NCBI GenBank assembly: GCA_963835065.1
Contig: CAWIEK010000049.1
Location: 1 to 64,000 of the forward strand
DNA: 64,000 nucleotides
Direction of reading: 5' to 3'
Source: an uncultured Chthonomonadaceae bacterium
Lineage (GTDB): Bacteria; Armatimonadota; Chthonomonadetes; Chthonomonadales; Chthonomonadaceae
The notes below the pieces were generated by a model. It did not search any database, was not told the DNA's origin, and saw only the letters and a program-made list of their open reading frames with translations. Positions 20,865-32,171 of the stretch are shown here, one piece after another (position 1 is the first letter of the stretch; the number at the start of each line of letters is the position of its first letter). A program made the position numbers and the translations under genes.

Positions 20865-23255
20865 ATGACCCTGTTACGCTCTCTTACCGCGCTGCTGTTG
20901 CTTACTGCCTGCATACACCTCCCTGCGCAAACCGCTTTCGCCTCTCAAACAACGGCAGGTACGCCTCCGATTGCGGCTAATGCGCAGACGGTGCATCCTG
21001 ATCTGCCCAAAACCGATATTCCCTTTGAGCGGCTGCTGTCGCAGCCCTACCTTGCCGGTTCGCCCCCTTCCGATGTGCGCTGGGCCAAAGATAACCACCA
21101 CATCGCGTTTCGCTGGAACCCGGCGGGCAACCGCCTGCGCGATATTTATATTCTGGACGTGCCCAACGGCAAGCCGGTTCGCCTGACGGATGGGGCGAAA
21201 ATCCCCCGCATGTCGCGGCAGGACGATGAGCGGACGGCGGAGCAGAAAAAGGAAGAAGTTCAGTACGACGCGGGGCCGGGAGCGCCCGTCTGGTCGCCGG
21301 GCAGCAAAACCATTTTGTTCGGCTACCGGGGCGATATTTTCGAGGTGGGAGTGGACGGCAAAACTGAACCGCGCAGGCGCACCATGCTGACGGAGGGCGT
21401 CGGGCAGTTGGACTATTCGCCGGACGGCAAGTTTATTTCGTATGCGCGGGGCGGCAATGTGTACCTGATGGAGCGTCAGACGGGCGATATTCGGCAACTG
21501 ACAACGGTGAGCAAAGCCGGAACCGCCGTCAGCGGCTACGACTGGTCGCCGGACGGCAAAAACCTGCTCGTGTCGTGGTCGGACAGCAGCACGGCCAAGA
21601 CCGTTATCATTCCCGATTACACCAAAGACATGGTGACGACGACGCCCCGGCAGCGCGCCATTGTGGGCCAATCACAGAACGTGCAAAAGGTCGGCATTGT
21701 GTCGGTATCGGGAGATGGCCTTATCAAGTGGGTGGATTTGCTTGCGCCCAACTTCTGGAACAACGGCACGGACTGGTCGCCGGACGGCAAGCGCGTTGCC
21801 CTGAGCGAAATGAGCGGCGATTTCAAAACGTGGCGGCTGCGCGTGTTTGATATTGACACACTCAAGCCGATCCAAATCACGCAGGAAAAATCCGCGCGCT
21901 ACATCAACGACTGGCATCCCGTAAAATTCAGCCTCGATGGCAAAACAATCTACTACGGCTCGGATCAGGACGGCTGGCGGCACATCTGGCAGGTCGGCTC
22001 GCACGGAGGCAACGCGCAGGTTGTCACGCCCGGCAGTTACGATGTGGGCGGCTTCGACCGTCCCGACAAAAGCGCGAACCTGTTTGTGGAAACAACGGAG
22101 CGAAGCCCGCTGCAACTGCGCTCCTACTGCCTGACGCCGGATGGCAAAAAGGTGGAACTGACCGGCAGCCTGCCCGTCAGCGCGCCCACTTTCGCCACCG
22201 GAGCGGGACTGCGCGGCACACACCCTTCGGAAGACGGCGTTCGGGTGATTTTGGACGCGCAGGATCGCACCCATCCGCCCGATTTGTATTTTGCCGACGT
22301 GAGCGCTCTGGCTAATGCTTCGCCGCGCCTTGTAAACACGGCTAATGCTTCTTCTCAGCATACCGGCAATGCCGCCATCAATGGTCAACACACTGATAAT
22401 TCCGCCAATGACTCACAATCCGGCATACGGCATGAACCCAAACGCCTGACGGTTTCCCAACTTCCCGACTTTGCCCGCGTGTCGCTCGTGAAGCCGCAGG
22501 AAATCACGTTTATGGCTCCCGATGGCAAAACCATTCACGGCCTGCTGTGGCTGCCGCGGAGCGTGAAAGATAATCCGAACAACGGCGGTCAAAAGCACGG
22601 CGCGATTGTCAGCAATATGTACGCCGACAGTGCCAAAGATCGTTGGGGTGGGCTGCTGCAATCCTACATGGCGGCGCAGTTGAATATGGTTGTGCTGGAA
22701 GTGGATTTCCGTTCAAGTTGGGGGTACGGCGCGGATTTTGCGACAGGGTACTACAAATCGCTTGGGCAGGTGGATGCCGACGAAGCCGTTGCCGCCGCCA
22801 ATTACCTGAAATCGCAGCCGTATGTGGATGGGGCGCGCGTCGGCTTGTGGGGCTGGAGTTACGGCGGCTTTCTGACGGAAATGGTGATGTTCACGCGCCC
22901 CGGCGTGTTCGCGGCGGGCGTGGCGGTTGCGCCCGTCACCGATTGGAAGCACTACAATTCGTGGTACACGCGCCACCGCCTGGACGAACCAAAAGAAGCC
23001 GAAGACGCTTACAAAAAATCCTCGCCCATCAATTTCGCAAGCGGCTTGCAGGGACATTTGCTGATGATTCACGGGATGCAGGACGACAACGTTCTGTTTC
23101 AAGACACGGTGCAGATGTCGCAAAAACTGATCGAAGCCGGCAAAGATTTCGAGGTCGCCTTTTATCCCAAAGACGACCACAGCATCGGGCGCGACGACAG
23201 CCGCGTCCACGTGTACCGCCGGATTATGAAGTATTTGTATATGTGGCTGGGGTAG
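20865..23255 (+). CDS. S9 family (dipeptidyl peptidase IV-like) peptidase
   Basis: Signal peptide, WSPDGK propeller repeats, GWSYGG nucleophile, DDNV, DDHSI. Confidence 0.9.
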   Translation: MTLLRSLTALLLLTACIHLPAQTAFASQTTAGTPPIAANAQTVHPDLPKTDIPFERLLSQPYLAGSPPSDVRWAKDNHHIAFRWNPAGNRLRDIYILDVPNGKPVRLTDGAKIPRMSRQDDERTAEQKKEEVQYDAGPGAPVWSPGSKTILFGYRGDIFEVGVDGKTEPRRRTMLTEGVGQLDYSPDGKFISYARGGNVYLMERQTGDIRQLTTVSKAGTAVSGYDWSPDGKNLLVSWSDSSTAKTVIIPDYTKDMVTTTPRQRAIVGQSQNVQKVGIVSVSGDGLIKWVDLLAPNFWNNGTDWSPDGKRVALSEMSGDFKTWRLRVFDIDTLKPIQITQEKSARYINDWHPVKFSLDGKTIYYGSDQDGWRHIWQVGSHGGNAQVVTPGSYDVGGFDRPDKSANLFVETTERSPLQLRSYCLTPDGKKVELTGSLPVSAPTFATGAGLRGTHPSEDGVRVILDAQDRTHPPDLYFADVSALANASPRLVNTANASSQHTGNAAINGQHTDNSANDSQSGIRHEPKRLTVSQLPDFARVSLVKPQEITFMAPDGKTIHGLLWLPRSVKDNPNNGGQKHGAIVSNMYADSAKDRWGGLLQSYMAAQLNMVVLEVDFRSSWGYGADFATGYYKSLGQVDADEAVAAANYLKSQPYVDGARVGLWGWSYGGFLTEMVMFTRPGVFAAGVAVAPVTDWKHYNSWYTRHRLDEPKEAEDAYKKSSPINFASGLQGHLLMIHGMQDDNVLFQDTVQMSQKLIEAGKDFEVAFYPKDDHSIGRDDSRVHVYRRIMKYLYMWLG

Positions 23256-23368
23256 AAGAGGTTTCAGGTGTCAGGTTTCAGGTGTCAGGAAGAGCAGTCT
23301 CTTATCGTGTTGAGATGCGCCTACAAGAGAGCGGCATTTCCTGACACCTGACACCTGACACCTGAAAC

Positions 23369-25427
23369 CTACTTGAGCCGTTGCGCCTGCGTCCGCTGAT
23401 TGTCGTCTTTGGTCAGTTCGATGACTTTGTTCAGGGCGGCGGTGGTGGCGTCGCCTTTGACGGCGGCGAGGTCGCGGTTGTTCTTGCGGCGCGGGCCTGC
23501 CAGATCAATGACCGTGTTGGCCGCGTCGGAAAACACGTCCGGGTCATCCAGATATTTCGCGCTGAGTTGCACAGCCTGCGGGATGCGGGCGTCGCGCAGG
23601 ACATTGAGCGCCTGCCGCTTTTCTTCGGGACGCTGCGCGGCTTGCAGCGCCTGGCTGACCCGGTTGACTTTTTCCTCACTGCCCATGCGCTCGTCCTGCT
23701 GCACAAGGCGCAGGTAGCCGCGCAGGGCTTCGATGCGCAGGGACTTGTCGTTGTCGTTGGACGCGATGTTGAGCAGGGCAGGCAGGGGGCGGGTGTCCGA
23801 CCATGTTTCCGCAAGCGCGGTCACGGCGGCCTGCTTGACGGCGGTATCGCCGGATTGTGTTGCGCGGGTCAGTTCGGTAAGGGCGCGATCCGTGCCAAGA
23901 TTGGCAAGCACGGGCATCAGCGCGGATTTGGCCTGCGAAGACGCGCCCGCATACGCGGCCAGAACCGGCTCGGCGGCTTGGTTGGCATTGCCCACGCGCG
24001 GGCCGACGGACACGACGGCATCACGGGCGGCATCGCGCACTTCATCATTGGACGTTGTGACGGTCAGATTTATCAGTTCCGGGTATTCGTTGGCGCTTCC
24101 AATGCGGGCAAGCGCGCGTAGGGATTGGACGGCGGCGCGAGAATCGCTGCCTTTTGCGGTTGCCAGCAGGGCCGCGCGGGTGGCGGGCGTCGGGCGGTCC
24201 GCCAGAATCGCCAGCAGCGCGCCCCGCGTATCGGCAGGCCCGGTCTGCGCCATCTGCAAAATCGCCGTATCCACGTCCGCGCCCGGCATGCTTGCCAGGG
24301 CGTCCCGCGCGCTGTTGCGATCCCCGCCCTGTCCATGCGCGGCAATGTCGGCGAGACGCGGCACGGCTTTCACGCCGCCGATACGCCCGCTTGCGTAAAT
24401 GCCCGTTTGACGTACCGAATCATCCGCGCTGCCCGTCGCCTGCAACGCCACGTCAACGGCTGTTTTTTCCTGCCTATCCGCCCAGGCCGTCAGCAGGATA
24501 CTTTGAACTGGTGGCGGGAGAGTCGGCCACGCGGCAATCGCCTGTGAGGTTGCGTTTGCATCCGTAGATGTGCCCAATACCTGCGCCCCGACCTGTTGCA
24601 AATAGGTATCGGAAGATTTCAGCGCAGACAGGGCAACGGTTCCGGCGCGGGGCGACTGCATAGCGGCCAGGCCGCGCACGGCCCCGGCGCGAATCACATT
24701 GGGACGGCTTTCTCCCGCCAATGCCTCATACAGTTTTTGCGCATCCGCTTTTTTACCGCCAACCGCCAGGCGTTCCGCCGCGCGAATCATCGCTCTCCCG
24801 GCCTGCGTGTTGGTGGGCGGCAGGGCGCGCAGGGCGGAAACGGCAGCGGGCGTCCCGATTTTGCCCAACGCCATAATCGCCGCTTCGGAAACCGGCGCTT
24901 CCGTAGACGTGACAAGAGGCTTGAGGACACTAACCGCTTCGGCATCGCCCCGGTTGCCCAGAGAATTGATGACGCCCAGGCGCGTTTTATCATGCGTGGT
25001 TGTCACCGCTTCGCGCAAGGCTTTCGGCCGCGCCCGGATCGGAATTGCGTTCCAGCGCATACCGGGCGACATCCGCCATTTTATCGTCCGCCAGCATCTT
25101 CGCCAGGGACGGCACACTGCGCCCCGACCCGATCACCCACAGAAAACGCGCAGCCTCCTGCTTGCCGGCAAAGGACGCGGCGGGATCGTCCAAAACCGCG
25201 TCCAGCTTCTGCTCGATTTGCGCGGTGGCGGCTTTGTCCGTGACGGACTGGTCAATCAGGCTGCGGATGGCCTCGACCGGCCCCCGGCTTTGAAAGTCGT
25301 ATGTTTTGAGTTTCTCGAACGGGTCATCCTGCGGCGCGTTCTGCGCCCCGGCATACCCGGAAACGGCGGCTCCCGCGCCCAGCGCGAGCAGCGTCAGCGC
25401 CGTCGCGATTCTACGAGTCGGCTTCAT
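23369..25427 (-). CDS. Exported HEAT-repeat protein (frameshift ~25030)
   Basis: Signal peptide in the 24990 frame, continuing as HEAT repeats in the 23369 frame. Confidence 0.75.
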
Positions 25428-25576
25428 GTTTGTCCTTTGAGGAGTTGATAGTTGATAGTTGATAGTTGATAGTATCTTGTCGCCGTTGTTCGCCTGCCTG
25501 CTCCTGTCTCCATCAGGTAAAAACAACGTTGCATTAGGAATTTACTATCAACTATCAACCATCAACTATCAACTAA

Positions 25577-26911
25577 TTAAGCTTCTAAATGCCACGGGGA
25601 GCGCATGGGGGTGGACAGCATGCGCGTGGCGGCGGGGTCGTCGGCAATGGTTTCGGTTTCCGGGTTCCAGCGGATTTTGCGGCCCAGCAGCATGGCGATT
25701 TGTCCCAAATGCCCGATGGACGCGGCCCGGTGCGCGGTTTCCGCCGGGGCAAGTGGCTGGTGACGGGTTTTCACGCAGTCTACGAATTCGCGCTGATGGC
25801 CGGGGCTGCGGTACAGTTGCACTTCGTTGGGGCCGACGCGCTCCTGCAGCCAACCCTTCTGGCTGGCGTCGAAACCGTTCCGGTCTACCCATATCCAACT
25901 GCCGTTTTCGCCGATCCACTTGGTTCCACTGCGTATGCCGCCGTTGCCGTAGTTGGCGACGTGCATTTCCACGCCGTTGGGGTGCGCGACGGGGCCATGC
26001 GCCTTGTATTTGGCGACAACATGGTAGGTGGTGGCCGCGTTCCAGATGCCTTCGGTGGGATACTCGCCCTTACCTTCCACTTCGGACGGGCCGTAGCTGT
26101 CCCATCCCATACCCCAGTTGGCGATGTCGGCATGGTGGCCGATCCAGTCCATCATCTGGCCCCCGCCGTAATCGAGCTGCCAGCGCCAGTTCCAGTGCGT
26201 CCGCTCGTCGCAGTACGGCTGCCAGCGCGACGGCCCGACCCAAAACTCATAATCCAGTTCGGGAGGAGCGTCTTTGAATGTGACGGGACCATGCGGGCTG
26301 CCGGTGGGCAAGCCGACTTCGATGCGAACCACTTTGCCGATGCGTCCGTTACGGACGAGTTCGCAGCCTTTACGGAAGTTGTCTATTGAGCGCTGCCAGC
26401 TTCCCGTCTGCCAGATACGCGCGTTTTTCTTTTGCGCGTCGGCCATATAGCGGCCTTCCATCAGGCAGTGGGAAATGGGCTTTTCGCCGTACACGTCCAT
26501 GCCCGCGTTCAAGGCCATGATGGCCGGAACGGCATGCCAGTGGTCGGGGGTGGCAAGGGAAATGGCGTCAATGTCCTTGCGGGACAGCAGTTCGCGGAAA
26601 TCATGGTACGGCGTACAGTCGGCGGTTTTGTAGTGGGCGTTAACGGTGCGTTGCGCATCGTTAAGATGGTTCTGATCCACGTCGCACACGGCAATGATCT
26701 GCGTGTCCGGCTGGTTGAGGAACGCGCCCATGTTGCCCGATCCCTGCCCGCCAAGCCCGATGCAGCCCATGACCACGCGGTTGGAAGGCGCGGTCTTGCC
26801 GTTCCGCCCCAGCGCGGAAGCGGGAACGACGTGGAACAGGCCGATGCCGGCTCCCACGCCCGCCGCGCTCTTTAAAAACCCGCGCCGATCCATTCGTTTA
26901 CTTTCCGGCAT
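25577..26911 (-). CDS. Tat-exported Gfo/Idh/MocA oxidoreductase
   Basis: DRRGFLK, IGLGGQG, ATPDHWH, YGEKP, DWIGHHAD. Confidence 0.9.
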   Translation of the reverse strand: MPESKRMDRRGFLKSAAGVGAGIGLFHVVPASALGRNGKTAPSNRVVMGCIGLGGQGSGNMGAFLNQPDTQIIAVCDVDQNHLNDAQRTVNAHYKTADCTPYHDFRELLSRKDIDAISLATPDHWHAVPAIMALNAGMDVYGEKPISHCLMEGRYMADAQKKNARIWQTGSWQRSIDNFRKGCELVRNGRIGKVVRIEVGLPTGSPHGPVTFKDAPPELDYEFWVGPSRWQPYCDERTHWNWRWQLDYGGGQMMDWIGHHADIANWGMGWDSYGPSEVEGKGEYPTEGIWNAATTYHVVAKYKAHGPVAHPNGVEMHVANYGNGGIRSGTKWIGENGSWIWVDRNGFDASQKGWLQERVGPNEVQLYRSPGHQREFVDCVKTRHQPLAPAETAHRAASIGHLGQIAMLLGRKIRWNPETETIADDPAATRMLSTPMRSPWHLEA

Positions 26912-27138
26912 TGTTGTATCTCCTCATCGTGCCGAGCGCTGCGCTTACAACGCAGCAGATAAGTGCAGCATTTCGTTGAAATTGATAACAAAACGTTTGG
27001 TTGGGACATGCCTGCGCATACAATGTTGCACCTTATGCGCTTGTTCCCTATACAATTCGCATATTCCTGCCTATAGGCACAATCCTGTAGGCGCGGTTTA
27101 CTCACAGTGTCTGCCTGCCGGGGAACTTGTTCTTACAC

Positions 27139-27468
27139 CTACCAGCGCAATTTGTCCAGTGAGCGGTCTTCATCGGTCAGGTCGCTGTCGAGCAGGATGC
27201 CCCACTCCTTGCCGCCCTTGTAGTACAAAATCGTGCCGCAGCCGCCACACTTGGCGCGGCTTGAAAAACCCTTGCCAACGGGAGGAGTGCGCGGCTGGCC
27301 CGTAATCGGGTCGTGCGGTTTCAAAAACTTGCCGCAGACGGGGCATTTGCCGAAATCGCTTCCCGTATCGCCCGGCGTATGCTCCAGCCCGCCATCTGTC
27401 GGCGGTTCCGCCGTTTCCGGCAAATCAATCACCCCAATGCGGCGCTCTTCGATGGTTTCTACAGGCAT
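27139..27468 (-). CDS. Small zinc-ribbon protein
   Basis: CPVC and CGGC pairs; aggag RBS. Confidence 0.65.
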   Translation of the reverse strand: MPVETIEERRIGVIDLPETAEPPTDGGLEHTPGDTGSDFGKCPVCGKFLKPHDPITGQPRTPPVGKGFSSRAKCGGCGTILYYKGGKEWGILLDSDLTDEDRSLDKLRW

Positions 27469-27531
27469 GTTTTGGCTCCTTGTGCAATAGCGAAAGTAAG
27501 TAGAGTTATTGTACCATAGCCGTAGGACTGC

Positions 27532-28461
27532 TCAATGGGAGTGAAAGCGGTTTTGTAGCCTTGCAAGCATGTTGCGCCATGCGTGGGCGATTCTGCCATA
27601 AAGCGAGAGGGGTTGAAGACGCGCTTCGCCGCTGGATACAGAGCCGCGCAGCAAGGTTTCGCCATCGTCCGGGAGGGTGTCAGGGGAGGCCATGCGGAGA
27701 AGGTTTGCGCTTGCGGTTGGGTCGGTAAACTGGCTTGCGCGTCCGAGGGACAGATACTCCAAAATGCGTTTCGCCCCCTGCCGCACTTCCGGGGCTTCGT
27801 TGGGGTTTGCGGCGGCTAATTCGCAATAGCGGCGGGCGGCGGGATAACGGCGGGCCGCGAAAAATCCGGCAGGCCGCCCGGTTTCCAGCATTTCCAGCAC
27901 ATCCCACACCTGAGACGGCGCAAGGAACGAATCGGACAGCAGGCAGCGCGGAACATCCAGGCCGTTCTGGTAGACCATGCGGGTGAGCGCAATCTGAGCG
28001 CATTGCTGCGTGGCGTTGCTGCGGCGCGAGTTGAGTTCCACGCACAGCGAGGGCGCGGCAGACAGTTCCATCGCCAGCAGCGCGTCCACATAGCGGGAAA
28101 TCTCGCGGGGCTTGTCCTTGTGCGCGGCTTCGATAATCAGGTCAACGGCGCGTGTGGCCGTTTCGGCATGGTGTTTGCCGATTTGACCGATAGCCCACGC
28201 CGCCGCGCCACGAAGACCGTTTCGGCGGTCTTTCAGCGCCTGCTGCAAAGGCTGCATCGCGTCCGGGTGATGCAGCATCCCCAGCGCGGACGCGGCGGCT
28301 CGGCGGACATGCGCGTCCTCATCCTGCAGCGCCTGACACAGCGGCTGCACGGCGCGAACATCTCCCTTCTCCCCTAATTTGCGCGCGGCCCTGCGCCGGA
28401 TTTCCACGTCGGGATGCGCCAGTTCTTCGATGCGTTTGGAAATGGTATTAAACTTAGCCAT
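27532..28461 (-). CDS. HEAT-repeat protein
   Basis: PBS-lyase-type HEAT repeats (VRRAAASALG). Confidence 0.75.
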   Translation of the reverse strand: MAKFNTISKRIEELAHPDVEIRRRAARKLGEKGDVRAVQPLCQALQDEDAHVRRAAASALGMLHHPDAMQPLQQALKDRRNGLRGAAAWAIGQIGKHHAETATRAVDLIIEAAHKDKPREISRYVDALLAMELSAAPSLCVELNSRRSNATQQCAQIALTRMVYQNGLDVPRCLLSDSFLAPSQVWDVLEMLETGRPAGFFAARRYPAARRYCELAAANPNEAPEVRQGAKRILEYLSLGRASQFTDPTASANLLRMASPDTLPDDGETLLRGSVSSGEARLQPLSLYGRIAHAWRNMLARLQNRFHSH

Positions 28462-29899
28462 GATGTTTGGGTTTGGGCAGAACCTCACGGATTCCAGCGG
28501 CCGTCAAAATCAGCAGAATAGGGTACAGGGGCATGGAATACCGCGCAAATGCAAGGAAAACGGCGTAGACTATGTTGAAGTATAGAATGGTGAAGACGAT
28601 GACCCAAACGCCGGGATGCGCCGCGCGGGCGCGATGCCAGCCGAAAACGGCAAAGCCAAGCGCAAGCAGGGCAAAGCCGCCGACAAAGCAAGATTTCCCC
28701 CGTGTTTCCACGATATACCAGAAGGTCGCCAACTGCGCCACGAACTTGGCAACAAATCCTGACGGTTCATGCAGCAGGCGGCGCTTCATTTCCGCGCTTT
28801 CCACCGCCTCCTTGCGCAGTTCGTATTCCACGTTCGGAAGCCTGAGCAAGTCGGGATCGGGCGGCGCGCTGCGCTCCATCGCGGCCATATCCAAACCGTA
28901 AGGCCGAATCAATTCCTGCTCATAGCGGCTGGCTTCCTGCTCCCAGGACAGGCGCGTGGGATCCGCCCCGCCGAAATCCTGATGCAGCAGAATAAATTTA
29001 GGCTGCGCGTTAATATAGCCGCGCAGGAATTCGGCGGGGCCGTTGCTGCTGACGTTGATGAATCTTCCCGACGATACCCTGTAGTTGCGGATCGTCCAGG
29101 GCAGCAGGCACAGGCCAAAAACAATCAGCGTCCATGCGGAAGATGCTCCCATAGTGAGAAGGCGCGAAGGCGCTGGGGCGGCAACGGTTGTTTCGGGCGG
29201 TGATGGTTGCGAATTCACCTGCTTGCGACGCAGGAACCACAGCATTGCCAGAAACGCGAAGGGATACAGCAGAACAATAGATTTTGTCAGGGCAGCCAGG
29301 CCGCAGACAAAGCCGAACAGGACGCTGTTGCGAATCGTCGGGCGCTCATACAGATGGAAGCCCGTAAGCGCCATCAGCGTAATCAGCAGCGCCATCAGCG
29401 TTTCCACTTCTACGGAGCCGACATAGCGCATGACCATTGGCGTGACAAGGCACAGCGCAGCCGCTAAAAGCGCGGTACGCGGATGGAACAGCTTGCGGGC
29501 CAGCGTCCAGACGGCAAGGCAAGTGAAGCCCACCATCAGGCATTGCGCAAAAAGAATGGGGCGGTACAAAATGCGCTGCGGCAACAGGGAATCAAGGTTG
29601 TGGGGAGATAGGCGCAGCAGCCCGGCCACAAAATAGGGATAAAGCGGGGCGCGGCGCAGGGTGGGACCGGCGCTTTGTGAGAAGCCTTCTCCTCTGGCGA
29701 TATATTGACTCAACGCGCCATACCCGTTGACATCTATATTGGCTTCAATCACGCTCTGGCGCGGATAAATGACAAACGCGAACAAAGCCGCGACTAGAAA
29801 GCCCGCAACGAAAATCAACACGCCAATGCGCCGTGACGACAGATTAGAAGTGTCTTTATGAGTGAAAGGTAGGCCAAGGTTGGGAGACGGAATAGCCAC
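28454..29899 (-). CDS. ArnT/PMT-like (GT-C) membrane glycosyltransferase
   Basis: Multiple TM helices, RAPLYP, PWTIRNY, ARYSMP. Confidence 0.75.
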   Translation of the reverse strand: MAIPSPNLGLPFTHKDTSNLSSRRIGVLIFVAGFLVAALFAFVIYPRQSVIEANIDVNGYGALSQYIARGEGFSQSAGPTLRRAPLYPYFVAGLLRLSPHNLDSLLPQRILYRPILFAQCLMVGFTCLAVWTLARKLFHPRTALLAAALCLVTPMVMRYVGSVEVETLMALLITLMALTGFHLYERPTIRNSVLFGFVCGLAALTKSIVLLYPFAFLAMLWFLRRKQVNSQPSPPETTVAAPAPSRLLTMGASSAWTLIVFGLCLLPWTIRNYRVSSGRFINVSSNGPAEFLRGYINAQPKFILLHQDFGGADPTRLSWEQEASRYEQELIRPYGLDMAAMERSAPPDPDLLRLPNVEYELRKEAVESAEMKRRLLHEPSGFVAKFVAQLATFWYIVETRGKSCFVGGFALLALGFAVFGWHRARAAHPGVWVIVFTILYFNIVYAVFLAFARYSMPLYPILLILTAAGIREVLPKPKHHG

Positions 29900-30214
29900 A
29901 TTGATCTTTCTAAAACCTGAAGTTAGGATTGCATAACCGTATCTTACCCGAACTCTGTGAAGAGTTCAAGCCAAAGACGCTCCTGTCGTAAGTACGCGCA
30001 GCGACATTCCGGTATTCTACCCTGCTCCAAAGGATAGCCGGGCAGGTGGACAAACGTAGTGGCGTGAGAGAAACTTCTCCGTCGCGCAATCCGTAGAAAA
30101 CCATAATCCTCCGATACGACGAATTGCTTCCGGCGGCCTGTCAAACGGACGCCACACACCAGACAATTACCAGACGTTTTAATCTACGTTTTACCCAGTT
30201 GCAAGGAGATGTGA

Positions 30215-32035
30215 ATGCGACGAGACCGAAACTCTGATCGCCGCCCGGGTGATGATTTTGGGGGCGACAGCGCGGATTCCAATAACAGTCGGTTTGAACA
30301 GGGCGGCGAGCCGAATGACGCGCCCGAAATGCAGCTGCGCGCGTTGTGGCTGCTTGATGAAGTGATTCGCATGACTCCGCGCAGCGATGTTCGACTGGGC
30401 TATCTGACAACCCTGCGCGACCAGTTGGAAACCGACGAAGCGATGATGGAAGAGGCCAAAAAGGTCATCGCCGAGTTTGAAGAAGCGTATACCAAGCTGA
30501 CCGCGCCCGCCAACCGCATCGGCGTCTTTTTGGGCGATGTCGCGCCGGAAGACAAGCCGCGCCCACGCCGCCGTTTCGGGCGACAAGAAGCGGAACCCGA
30601 AGCCGGCAATGAGAAACATGTGCGGCTTGCGCTTGGCGATCAGGAATATATCGCCAACGTAGACCCCAAATTGGAAAACCCCTGCTTCAAAATCGGAACG
30701 CAGGTCAAAGTCAATGAAGCGTTCGCGGTTATCGGCGACCTGGGCTACGCGCAGGGCGGGCCGATTGTAAAAATCAGCGAAGTGCTGGAAGACGGGCGTT
30801 TGCGCGTTTCGATGGATTCGCAGGGGATGCAGTCGCGCGTCGTGTATCGCGGCGAGGCGCTGCTGAACGAGAACCTGAAGACCGGCTCGGAAGTGCGGAT
30901 GGAGCCGAATTTCAAGGTGGCGCTGGAACACTTCGCGGCCAAAGAAGCGCAGGATTACTTTTTGGAAGAAGTGCCGGTTCTGCCCTGGAGCAAAATCGGC
31001 GGGCAGGAAGAAGCGATTGGCGTGATCAAAGACGCCATCGAATTGCCCCTGCTGCACCCCGAATTGTTCGCGCGCTTCGGCAAGCGCCCGCTGAAAGGCA
31101 TTCTGCTGTTCGGCCCTCCCGGCTGCGGCAAAACGCTGATCGGCAAGGCGACGGCCTACAATCTGACGCAGGAATACCGCGAGCGCACGGGGCAGGATGT
31201 CAAAGAATACTTTATGTATATCAATGGCCCCAAAATCCTGAACATGTGGCTGGGCGAGTCGGAGCGGCAGGTGCGCGAGATTTTCGCGCAGGCGCGCGAA
31301 AAGTCCAAAGAGGGCCATCTGGTCTTTATCTTCATTGACGAAGCCGAGTCCCTGCTGCGAACGCGTTCGTCAGGCCGCTTCCTGAACATTTCCAATACCA
31401 TTGTGCCGCAGTTCTGCGCCGAAATGGACGGCCTTGTCAGCCTGGAAAACGTCGTCGTCATGCTGACTTCCAACCGCCCGGACTACATTGACCCGGCCAT
31501 TCTGCGCCCTGAGCGCATTGACCGCAAGGTGAAAATCGTGCGCCCGGATCGCCGCTCGTCCCGCGACATTTACAAAATCTATCTCTCAGACGTGCCGCTC
31601 GACCCGGACTTGATCCGCGAACACAAGGGCGATTGCACGGGCGCATTGGACGAACTGCTCGACCTGGTGACGGAGTACACGTTCCGCCGTGACCCCGAAA
31701 CCGAGTTTCTGGAAGTGTTTCTGCGCAACGGCAGCAGCGAAATCCTGTACTGGCGCGATCTCGTCAGCGGGGCATTGCTCAAGTCCGTCGTGGAGCGTTC
31801 CAAAGACTTCGCCATCAAGCGCAGCATCCAGAAGCGTTCCGAGGAGGAAGGCGTCAGCCTGCACGATCTGCAGCAGGCGGTGCGCGTCGAATTCAAGGAA
31901 AACGAAATCTTCCCCAAGGGCGACAGCATCGAAGACTGGCTGAAACTGCTGGATTACGAGCCGGAAAACGTGGCGACCATCAAGCCCATCCGCGCCAAAA
32001 AGCAGCCTAACGGAACCCGGACGAAGATTATTTGA
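30215..32035 (+). CDS. arc: Proteasome-associated AAA ATPase (ARC/Mpa)
   Basis: N-terminal coiled coil, LEEVP..IGG, GPPGCGKTLIGKA, FIDEAES, SNRPDYIDPAILRP; upstream of dop/ubact/prc. Confidence 0.92.
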   Translation: MRRDRNSDRRPGDDFGGDSADSNNSRFEQGGEPNDAPEMQLRALWLLDEVIRMTPRSDVRLGYLTTLRDQLETDEAMMEEAKKVIAEFEEAYTKLTAPANRIGVFLGDVAPEDKPRPRRRFGRQEAEPEAGNEKHVRLALGDQEYIANVDPKLENPCFKIGTQVKVNEAFAVIGDLGYAQGGPIVKISEVLEDGRLRVSMDSQGMQSRVVYRGEALLNENLKTGSEVRMEPNFKVALEHFAAKEAQDYFLEEVPVLPWSKIGGQEEAIGVIKDAIELPLLHPELFARFGKRPLKGILLFGPPGCGKTLIGKATAYNLTQEYRERTGQDVKEYFMYINGPKILNMWLGESERQVREIFAQAREKSKEGHLVFIFIDEAESLLRTRSSGRFLNISNTIVPQFCAEMDGLVSLENVVVMLTSNRPDYIDPAILRPERIDRKVKIVRPDRRSSRDIYKIYLSDVPLDPDLIREHKGDCTGALDELLDLVTEYTFRRDPETEFLEVFLRNGSSEILYWRDLVSGALLKSVVERSKDFAIKRSIQKRSEEEGVSLHDLQQAVRVEFKENEIFPKGDSIEDWLKLLDYEPENVATIKPIRAKKQPNGTRTKII

Positions 32036-32171
32036 GGAGGAAGACGGAAGACGGTAGACAGTAGATATTCCCATCTACTGAAATCTGTGTAGAACAGTCA
32101 TAGCGTACAGGAGCAGGTTTTCTACCGTCTACCGTCTACCGTCTACCGTCTTCCTCCCTCTGGATACTCAC

